From Propionibacterium freudenreichii subsp. freudenreichii (GTDB lineage Bacteria; Actinomycetota; Actinomycetes; Propionibacteriales; Propionibacteriaceae), in assembly GCF_000940845.1 (NCBI RefSeq), contig NZ_CP010341.1, positions 270,001 to 302,000 on the forward strand: a DNA stretch of 32,000 bases, written 5' to 3'. Positions within the stretch are counted from its first letter, which is position 1. Every line of letters starts with the position of its first letter. The notes beneath the pieces are model-generated. The model was not told the DNA's origin and searched no databases. It was given only the letters and a program-made list of their open reading frames with translations. Below, piece after piece: positions 9,187-15,379 of the stretch. A program made the translations under genes and the position numbers.

Positions 9187-9831
9187 TTGTTCACCATCGA
9201 GTCAGTCCCGTTCGGCAGCTATCAGGCAAACTGCTATGTGCTCACCAGCGCCGGGCGTGCGCTGGTCGTCGACCCGGGCGCCGAGGCGCCGCTGCTGCTG
9301 GCATGGCTTGCCGGCCGCGACGTGGTCGGCGTCGTGCTTACGCACAGCCACTCCGACCACATCGGCGCCGCCAATGAGGTGGCCCGGGCCTTCGGGGTGC
9401 CCATCATGTGCGGACGCGCCGACGCCGCCGCGATGGCCGACCCGCACCTCACCGGCTTCGACGGGGAGGGCAGCGACTACGCCGTCACCCGCATAGACCG
9501 GGCACTGGACGAGGGCGACCTCATCGAGTTCGGCGACGACACCGTGCAGGTGCTCGAGACACCCGGCCACACGCCGGGCAGCATCTGCCTGTGGTCGTCG
9601 GCACAGGGCGTGCTGCTCACCGGCGACACGCTGTTCGCCCAGGGGGTCGGCAGCACCGAGTACCTGCGGGCCGACCCGCGCGCGCTGGTGGCCACGGCCG
9701 CCCGCCTCGGCGCACTGGCCGATGACGCCGAGCTGTGGCCCGGCCACGGCGGGCGCACCTACCTGTCGGTGGAACGGGCCCGCAATCCCATGCTGCGCGC
9801 AGGGCTGGGCGGGGTCGGGCAGCCGGCATGA
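9187..9831 (+). CDS. MBL-fold metallo-hydrolase (glyoxalase II-like)
   Basis: THSHSDHIG (HxHxDH) metal motif and a later TPGHTPG. 214 aa. TTG start 9187 follows GGGGAGG at 9173-9179. Confidence 0.8.
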   Translation: MFTIESVPFGSYQANCYVLTSAGRALVVDPGAEAPLLLAWLAGRDVVGVVLTHSHSDHIGAANEVARAFGVPIMCGRADAAAMADPHLTGFDGEGSDYAVTRIDRALDEGDLIEFGDDTVQVLETPGHTPGSICLWSSAQGVLLTGDTLFAQGVGSTEYLRADPRALVATAARLGALADDAELWPGHGGRTYLSVERARNPMLRAGLGGVGQPA

Positions 9832-10014
9832 CACCACAAGATCCTCCGCGGTGGCACCTCTGGTGACCGCGGGACAATTGGACGAGATCAACGCAGGGGT
9901 GTGGATTTCGTCCGCCAACTATTGTGAAAGAACCCCTTTATCGTCGTGGCTGTTCAACGTCGGGGCGAATGCAACACAGACATGCAAGTGACACATAACG
10001 GAAAGGTTACTGCG

Positions 10015-10770
10015 ATGACGATTGTCGTGGCATACAAATATGCACCGAACCCCCAGGACGCCGAAGTGCGCGGTGACGGCACGGTCGACTGGAGCCGGGC
10101 CAAGTCGGCAGTCAGCGAGTACGACCCGGTTGCGGTGCAGCTGGGCCGCGAGCTCGCCGGCGACGCCGAAGTGGTCGGCATCTCGGTGGGTGGCGCCGAC
10201 GTGGCCAGCTCGATGGCCAAGAAGAACGCCATGTCGCGCGGGCTCGACCGTGGACTCGTGGTGGCCGACGACGCCGCCGCCGACTGGAACGCGACCAGGA
10301 CCGCCTCGGCCCTCGCCGCGCTGGTGAAGAAGGTCGATGGCGCTGACCTGCTGCTGACCGGCGACTCGTCGGTGGACGAGGGCGCCAAGATGATGTCGGC
10401 GCTGGTCGCCGGCTACTTGGGCTGGCCCTGCTTCCAGGAAGTCTCGGCGCTGGAGAAGACCGACAACGGATATCGCGTGACCCAGGACCAGCCCGGCGGA
10501 CGCCGCGTGGTCGAGGTCACCGGACCGCTCGTGGTCGCCGTGGCCGCCGACGCCGTGAAGCCGAAGGTGCCCGGCATGAAGGACATCCTGGCCGCCGGCA
10601 AGAAGACCGTTGAGGTGGTGCCCGTGGCCGACCTGGAGGTCAGCGACGCCGCCATCGCCATCACGGCCAGCGAGAAGCCGGCCGCGCCGGCCCGTAAGCA
10701 GCAGATTCTTTCCGGTGACGATGCCGCCGCCCAGCTGGTCGCCGCCCTGCGCGCCGACTCGGTGCTGTGA
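10015..10770 (+). CDS. fixA: FixA-like electron transfer flavoprotein beta subunit
   Basis: MTIVVAYKYAPNPQD.. is colinear with recalled E. coli FixA (MKIITCYKCVPDEQD.., ..SVGG.., P.MKDILAAGKK). ATG 10015 is in frame within track ORF 9946..10770. Confidence 0.85.
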   Translation: MTIVVAYKYAPNPQDAEVRGDGTVDWSRAKSAVSEYDPVAVQLGRELAGDAEVVGISVGGADVASSMAKKNAMSRGLDRGLVVADDAAADWNATRTASALAALVKKVDGADLLLTGDSSVDEGAKMMSALVAGYLGWPCFQEVSALEKTDNGYRVTQDQPGGRRVVEVTGPLVVAVAADAVKPKVPGMKDILAAGKKTVEVVPVADLEVSDAAIAITASEKPAAPARKQQILSGDDAAAQLVAALRADSVL

Positions 10771-10806
10771 GCCAAACCGGTCTTGTGAGAAAAGGAGCTT
10801 GAGACA

Positions 10807-11679
10807 ATGACGAACACATGGATTGTGACGACCAACGCCCAGATCGGGAACCTCGTCGAGGCGGGTCGTGCCCTCGGTGGCACCATCACCGTGGTGGCCG
10901 TGGGCGACGCCCAGATCGCCGGCGTTGACAAGGTGATCTCGATCACCGCCGACGCCGACGTGCCCGCCGAGGCTTATGCCGGAGCCGTGGCCGATGCCGT
11001 GGCAGCCGGCGACCAGGACGTCGTGCTGGCGCCGAACCGTCCCGCCGAGCGCGTGCTCGCCGGTGCGGTGGCCGCCCGGCTGAACGCCCCGGTGCTGTCG
11101 AGCGTCAAGAAGGTGGACGCCGAGGGTGCCCACGTGGCGCGCTTCGGCGGCATCACCCTGCAGACCGACGCGCTCACCGCGCGTGCGGTGCTCATCATGG
11201 ACGGCGGCCCGGCCCCCGAGGGTGACCCGGTTGCGGCGGAGTCCGTCGCGGCGCAGGCCTACCCGGCCACGGTGTCCTCCACCGAGAGCGCCCAGGGCGA
11301 GCGCGTCGACCTCACCACCGCCCAGCGCATCATCGCCTGCGGCCGTGGCTTCAAGGAGCAGTCGGAGCTCAGCCTTGCCCAGGACGCCGCCAACGCCATG
11401 GACGCCCAGCTTGCCTGCTCGCGTCCGCTGGCCGAAGGCGTCAACTGGTTCGACAAGGACCGCTACATCGGCGTCTCGGGGCTCACCGTGGCACCCGACG
11501 TCTATGTGGCCGTCGGCATCTCGGGCCAGATCCAGCACTTGGCCGGCATGCTCGACTCCAAGGTGGTGGTGGCGATCAACAACGACAAGAACGCCCCCAT
11601 CTTCAAGGCCGCTGACTACGGCATCGTGGGTGAGCTGGAGCAGGTGCTGCCCCAGCTGACCGAAGCCCTGAAAGCGTAA
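10807..11679 (+). CDS. fixB: FixB-like electron transfer flavoprotein alpha subunit
   Basis: C-terminal FAD-binding block LACSRPLAEG..W....RYIGVSG......YVAVGISGQIQH..G......V.AIN.DKNAPIF..ADYGIVG matches ETF-alpha/FixB. RBS GAAAAGGAG at 10788-10796. Confidence 0.85.
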   Translation: MTNTWIVTTNAQIGNLVEAGRALGGTITVVAVGDAQIAGVDKVISITADADVPAEAYAGAVADAVAAGDQDVVLAPNRPAERVLAGAVAARLNAPVLSSVKKVDAEGAHVARFGGITLQTDALTARAVLIMDGGPAPEGDPVAAESVAAQAYPATVSSTESAQGERVDLTTAQRIIACGRGFKEQSELSLAQDAANAMDAQLACSRPLAEGVNWFDKDRYIGVSGLTVAPDVYVAVGISGQIQHLAGMLDSKVVVAINNDKNAPIFKAADYGIVGELEQVLPQLTEALKA

Positions 11680-11681
11680 CG

Positions 11682-12986
11682 ATGGCTGACGAAGACGAAG
11701 ACATCTTTGATGTCGTGGTGATCGGTGGCGGTGTGGCAGGTTGCACCGCCGCCTACAAGCTGGCCCAGCAGGGCCATTCGGTGGTGCTCATCGAGCGGGC
11801 CGCCCAGCCGGGTTCCAAGAACCTGTCGGGTGGCGTGTTCTACTGCCGCGTGATGGAGCAGGTGTTTCCCGGGTTCGTCGACAACGCCCCGGTGGAACGG
11901 CGCATCACGCGCAATGTGGTGAGCTTCGCCAACCCCACCTCCACGGTGAACATCGACTACTGGGACCAGCGCCTGGCCGAGCCGGTCAACGCGGTGAGCG
12001 TGCTGCGTGCCAAGCTCGACGCATGGCTGTCCGAGCAGTGCGAGGAGGCCGGCGTCATGGTGATGCCCGGCGTCAAGGTCGATGAGCTGGTGATCGAGGG
12101 CGGCCAGGTGGTCGGCGTGCGTGCGGGCGAGGACGAATTGCGCGCCCGCATCGTGATTGCTGCTGACGGCGTGAACTCGTTTATCGCCCAGCAGGCCGGT
12201 ATCCGTCCCAAGGAACCCAAGAAGTCGTTGGCCGTGGGCGTGAAGTCGGTGATCGCGCTTGACCCCGCGACGATCGAGCAGCGTTTCCACTGCTCGGGCG
12301 ACGAGGGCACGGCCTATGCCGTGGTCGGCGACTGCACCCAGGGCGTGGCCGGTGGCGGCTTCCTGTACACCAACAAGGAGTCGATCTCGATCGGCGTCGT
12401 GCTGCGGCTCGACGACCTGGTGGCCAAGGGGCTGGCGTCGAGTGATGTGCACGACCATTTCCTGGCACATCCGGCGATCGCACCGCTACTCGAGGGGGGT
12501 CAGCTGCGCGAATACGGCTGTCACCTCACCATCGAGGACGGTCCGGCGATGGTGGCCCACGAGCTGCATCGCGCCGGCCTGATGATCGTGGGCGATGCGG
12601 CGGGGTTCACCCTGAACACCGGCCTGACCATCCGCGGCATGGACCTGGCGGCGGGCAGTGCGCTGGCGGCGGCCTCGGCCGCCCATCGTGCGCTGACCGA
12701 CAAGGACTACTCCGACGAGTCGATGGCCCGCTACGAGCGCAATCTCGAGCGTGACTTCGTGGGGCAGGACATGCGCACCTATGCGCACATGCCCGAGCTG
12801 CTCGACAGCCCCCGCATGTACGGGGCGTACGGCGAGATGATCGCCGATGTGATGCACGGCATGTTCAACATGGACACCAGGCCGCGCACGCATGCCATCA
12901 AGGTGGCGACCCGCGCGTTCAAGAAATCGAGCGTGCGGCTCGGCGAGCTCGTCCGCGACGGAATCACTGCACTGAAGGCGCTGTGA
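11682..12986 (+). CDS. fixC: FixC-like FAD-dependent oxidoreductase (ETF-quinone oxidoreductase-like)
   Basis: N-terminal dinucleotide fold DVVVIGGGVAGCTAAYKLAQQG. GGFLYTN, GDAAGF and GLTIRGMDLA are colinear with recalled E. coli FixC. Starts 2 nt after the fixB TAA. Confidence 0.85.
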   Translation: MADEDEDIFDVVVIGGGVAGCTAAYKLAQQGHSVVLIERAAQPGSKNLSGGVFYCRVMEQVFPGFVDNAPVERRITRNVVSFANPTSTVNIDYWDQRLAEPVNAVSVLRAKLDAWLSEQCEEAGVMVMPGVKVDELVIEGGQVVGVRAGEDELRARIVIAADGVNSFIAQQAGIRPKEPKKSLAVGVKSVIALDPATIEQRFHCSGDEGTAYAVVGDCTQGVAGGGFLYTNKESISIGVVLRLDDLVAKGLASSDVHDHFLAHPAIAPLLEGGQLREYGCHLTIEDGPAMVAHELHRAGLMIVGDAAGFTLNTGLTIRGMDLAAGSALAAASAAHRALTDKDYSDESMARYERNLERDFVGQDMRTYAHMPELLDSPRMYGAYGEMIADVMHGMFNMDTRPRTHAIKVATRAFKKSSVRLGELVRDGITALKAL

Positions 12987-12999
12987 GAGGGGAGAAGTG

Positions 13000-13293
13000 A
13001 TGATCGACTATTTGGCAAGCATCCCTGAGCGTCTGGCGCACGACGCGTACGAGACCGACGAGGAGGAGTCGCATATCGAGGTGCACCAGGAGGAGGCCAG
13101 GCGCACCGGTGCCGGCAAGCTGTTCGTGCAGGTGTGCCCGGCCCATGTGTATTCCGAGGAGCCCGATGGCACCATCTCGGTGGAATACGCGGCATGCCTC
13201 GAATGTGGCACCTGCCTGGCCGTGGCGCCCCCCGGGACGCTCACCTGGCACTACCCGCGTGGTGGCATGGGAGTGGTGTTCCGCGAAGGCTGA
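13000..13293 (+). CDS. fixX: FixX-like ferredoxin-like protein
   Basis: CPAHVY....DG......YAACLECGTC........W.YPRGG.GV.FREG matches the FixX pattern. GAGGGGAG RBS at 12987-12994. GTG 12997 is an alternative start. Confidence 0.8.
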   Translation: MIDYLASIPERLAHDAYETDEEESHIEVHQEEARRTGAGKLFVQVCPAHVYSEEPDGTISVEYAACLECGTCLAVAPPGTLTWHYPRGGMGVVFREG

Positions 13294-13380
13294 TGTGGCG
13301 CTGCCCGCAGGGGTGGCGGCATCAAGCAGTGGCGGCTGTCGAGGCACGTGGCAGTCGCACGGAGTGGGAACAGCCGCGTA

Positions 13381-13444
13381 GTAGGAAGAACGCAGAGTAG
13401 GAACAAGCGCGGAACAGGTACAACGCAGAACAGGTACAACGCAG
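13381..13444 (+). repeat. four degenerate ~16-bp tandem units; the last two are perfect (AACAGGTACAACGCAG x2 at 13413-13428 and 13429-13444)
   Basis: Read directly: GTAGGAAGAACGCAGA / GTAGGAACAAGCGCG / GAACAGGTACAACGCA / GAACAGGTACAACGCA. The last unit runs into the terminator stem. Confidence 0.8.
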
Positions 13445-13481
13445 TGGGCCCCGTCGGATCGGCGGGGCCCACTGCGTTTGT
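13438..13481 (+). terminator. strong hairpin terminator of the cai/fix-like cluster
   Basis: AACGCAGTGGGCCCCG (13438-13453) and CGGGGCCCACTGCGTT (13463-13478) form a perfect 16-bp stem followed by TTTGT. It lies 145 nt after the fixX stop. Confidence 0.65.
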
Positions 13482-13949
13482 CGGTGTTGGGGTGTGCGGG
13501 GGGCTGGGCGTTGCGCGCTGGTGGGGATTGGGCGTTGCGCGCTTGTGGATGCGGGGCTCGTGGGGTCGGTGCTGTGGGTCGGCGGTGCTGGTGAGCGGTG
13601 CGGCGCGTGCTGCGGCCGGGCGGGGCATGAGGGGCCCCTCGCGGGGAGGGGCCCCCGGAAGCCGAAGAACAGTGGTGACGATTCCGGCTTGCCCACACAG
13701 CGGCGACCCCATCGGGCGTCACCCTCACCGATGGTGGCAGCGCAAAGCCCTGGGGGACGGTGCCGGCCTGCCGAGTGGTCGCATGTGCCTTTTCGCCGCG
13801 CCGGCCACCACAGACCATGGCCGACGCTCCTTCTGTTCTACGGGACCTGCGGCGCCGACACACCCCTATCGCTGGAATTACAGATCTGTGATTTCTGGCT
13901 CCACGCCGGTGTGCACAGGCCCGGCGGGCGTCTGCACAGGGAAAGCGGG

Positions 13950-13984
13950 TTGTCCACCGCCTTGTCCACAGGATCTGTGGACAA
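13950..13984. repeat. DnaA-box-like triple: TTGTCCACC, TTGTCCACA and inverted TGTGGACAA. The last two form a 10-bp-arm perfect palindrome
   Basis: TTGTCCACAG-GAT-CTGTGGACAA at 13962-13984 is a perfect inverted repeat. A direct TTGTCCACC lies at 13950-13958. TTGTCCACA is the DnaA box consensus reported for high-GC Gram-positives. Confidence 0.6.
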
Positions 13985-13999
13985 CTTTGGGGTGGGGAG

Positions 14000-14090
14000 G
14001 GGTCGTCCTGTTCACGGGCCGCCGTGCGCTGCGAAGTGGGTCGTCCTCCGGTTAAGGAGCCGCCGTGCCCTGCGAATCGGGTCGTCCTCG
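14000..14090 (+). repeat. 2.5 tandem units of 38-41 bp (GGGTCGTCCT...GCCGCCGTGC..TGCGAA..)
   Basis: Unit starts at 14000, 14038 and 14079 share GGGTCGTCCT. The first two also share CCGCCGTGC-NN-TGCGAA. Confidence 0.75.
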
Positions 14091-14318
14091 TCGAAACCCT
14101 CTGTCTCGTCGAAACCCGCGGCCCCTCTGGAGCCCTCCGTCCCGCCGGAACCCCCTGTCCCTCCGGGTCCCTCCGTCCCGTCGAAACCCGCTGTCCCTCC
14201 GGAATCCCCCCCGGAATCCCCTGTCCCTCCGGAATCCCCCCGGGCCCCTCCGTCCCGTCGAAACCCGCGGCCCCGCTGGAGCCCTCCGTCCCCGGAACCC
14301 CCTGTCTCGCCGAAACCT
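14085..14318 (+). repeat. C-rich (G-rich on minus strand) mosaic of short repeats
   Basis: GTCGAAACCC occurs x4 (+ GCCGAAACC), CCCTCCGTCCC x4, CCCTGTCCCTCCGG x3, GGAATCCCC x3. A ~50-nt block at 14107 (GTCGAAACCCGCGGCCCCTCTGGAGCCCTCCGTCCCGCCGGAACCCCCTGTC) recurs at 14257. All three forward frames are open, as expected for repeats rather than a gene. Confidence 0.8.
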
Positions 14319-14372
14319 TCACTGAGTGGGCAGTTGTGCGGCAATGACGCCGCACAGGTGTCCACATAACGG
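14319..14372 (+). repeat. hairpin element copy A (stem arms 14326-14342 / 14349-14365, loop AATGAC)
   Basis: TCACTGAGTGGGCAGTTGTGCGGC-AATGAC-GCCGCACAGGTGTCCACATAACGG. Of 17 stem positions, one is a mismatch and two are G.T. Confidence 0.85.
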
Positions 14373-14394
14373 CACTGGTGACGGGGGCCAGCAG

Positions 14395-14430
14395 GATAGG
14401 TGCGGATAAAGCACCGTAGACGGTGCTTTT
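14395..14430 (+). repeat. 36-bp repeat T1 containing a terminator-like hairpin
   Basis: GATAGGTGCGGATAAAGCACCGTAGACGGTGCTTTT: stem AAAGCACCG / CGGTGCTTT, loop TAGA, ending in TTTT. Identical to 14782-14817. Confidence 0.8.
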
Positions 14431-14585
14431 AGCGATCCCATCATCCAGATCGTGGGCACGACGCCCGACGCCCCAAGTCCTGGCGTCCTCGGGGTCGGCC
14501 GGTTTCCGGTGCAGGAGCACGCCGGGCGGTGCGACGGGCGGCCCGAGCCTGCGTCGCAGACTCGTTGTCCCGCCAGTAGGAACCC

Positions 14586-14637
14586 TCACTGAGTGGGCAG
14601 TTGTGCGGGAATGACGCCGCATAGGTGTCCAGTTAGT
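14586..14637 (+). repeat. hairpin element copy B (partly degenerate)
   Basis: TCACTGAGTGGGCAGTTGTGCGGG-AATGAC-GCCGCATAGGTGTCCAGTTAG. The 5' flank is identical to copy A. Two substitutions weaken the inner stem. Confidence 0.8.
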
Positions 14638-14705
14638 GGGGTTCCTTGCCGGACGCGGCCTGGTGCCGGACGGCGAGTTCGTGGTGTCTGGTCCTGCCGG
14701 GTTCG

Positions 14706-14745
14706 TCACTAAGTGAATGGTTGTGGTGAGTAGACGCATCGAAAC
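14706..14745 (+). repeat. hairpin element copy C (strongly degenerate relic)
   Basis: TCACTAAGTGAATGGTTGTGGTGAGTAGACGCATCG aligns position-for-position with the 5' two-thirds of copy A but can no longer fold. Confidence 0.55.
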
Positions 14746-14781
14746 CCTCCACCTAGCGGCCTTCGCCTGGGGTGGTGGCGT

Positions 14782-14817
14782 GATAGGTGCGGATAAAGCA
14801 CCGTAGACGGTGCTTTT
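14782..14817 (+). repeat. 36-bp repeat T2 (identical to T1)
   Basis: Perfect 36/36 match to 14395-14430, offset 387 bp. This is the same offset as between hairpin copies A and C. Confidence 0.8.
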
Positions 14818-14910
14818 GTCGACCTTGTCTTCGTGGTGGTGGGCTCGCGGGCGGACGGTCCGTGTCCTGGTGGTGTGACGGCGTCGGGTGGTTGCCGGTG
14901 GTGGATTCGT

Positions 14911-14962
14911 CCTTGGGTGGTCATCTGTGCGGCAATGACGCCGCACAGATGTCCATCTTGTG
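14911..14962 (+). repeat. hairpin element copy D (12-bp perfect inner stem, loop AATGAC)
   Basis: GTGGTCATCTGTGCGGC-AATGAC-GCCGCACAGATGTCCAT. CATCTGTGCGGC / GCCGCACAGATG pair perfectly. Confidence 0.85.
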
Positions 14963-15034
14963 GAGGTTGGAGGTGCTGGCGGTGATGGGCGGCCCTAGTC
15001 CCCGGGGACGGGCCCGATTTCTGTTGGACGGGCC

Positions 15035-15085
15035 GCTGAGTGGTCACTTGTGCGGCAATGACGCCGCACAACTGCCCACCTAGAG
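15035..15085 (+). repeat. hairpin element copy E (loop AATGAC)
   Basis: GCTGAGTGGTCACTTGTGCGGC-AATGAC-GCCGCACAACTGCCCACCTAG. Its right arm is the exact reverse complement of the left arm of copy A. Confidence 0.85.
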
Positions 15086-15093
15086 GGAGTTCT

Positions 15094-15176
15094 GGTTCAA
15101 GTGGTCTCGGTCCAGGTGGGTCCGGTCCAGGCGGACGCCGGGCGCGGTTCAGGTGGCCCCGGTGCAGGCGGACGTC
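15094..15176 (+). repeat. short tandem/dispersed repeats upstream of the helicase gene
   Basis: GGTYCARGTGG at 15094, 15109 and 15146. GGTSCAGGCGGACGYC at 15125 and 15162. The composite unit is about 37 bp, x2. Confidence 0.7.
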
Positions 15177-15379
15177 GCACCGATGGGCCCGACGCGCTCC
15201 ACCGCCGTCGCCATGCGGCCTGACAGGTTGGGCTTGACCCGATGGACTAGAGTCCTTTCACCTATGCGAGTGCTTGATCCGACGCGGTTCTTCGGGCGCA
15301 CTGTACGCACCAACCCCTGCCATGGCGGCCGGCCCGAAGGGGCCCGGATCTGGCGTGCGCGGGGCACGATCGGCCGGAT

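Noticed and set aside
9832-10014. CRP/FNR-type site upstream of fixA (TGTGAAAG...)
   Set aside because: Only one half-site is present and no matching TCACA half lies at the right spacing. The region is merely less G+C-rich and may hold an internal promoter.
13689-14367. Chromosomal replication origin (oriC)
   Set aside because: Only two perfect and three one-mismatch boxes are present. There is no dnaA, dnaN or other origin-linked gene nearby, and no clear unwinding element. It is reported only as a DnaA-box-like cluster.
13494-14369. 291-aa plus-strand Pro-rich ORF (and the overlapping ORFs 14024..14347 and 14065..14325)
   Set aside because: Three frames are open at once over the same repeats. 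It contains rare TTA codons and has no RBS or signal peptide. The Pro-rich text is a by-product of the C-rich repeats. A decayed gene cannot be excluded, but no intact CDS is supportable.
12964-14946. 660-aa minus-strand ORF spanning the repeat region
   Set aside because: Arg/Pro/Thr-rich low-complexity text with no recognisable domain. It overlaps fixX, runs through every hairpin and repeat, and has no start context. This is the expected kind of spurious ORF in G+C-rich DNA.
14319-15085. CRISPR array interpretation of the repeated hairpins
   Set aside because: Spacing is irregular (about 120-270 nt), the copies diverge in sequence, and no cas genes or leader are present in the window.
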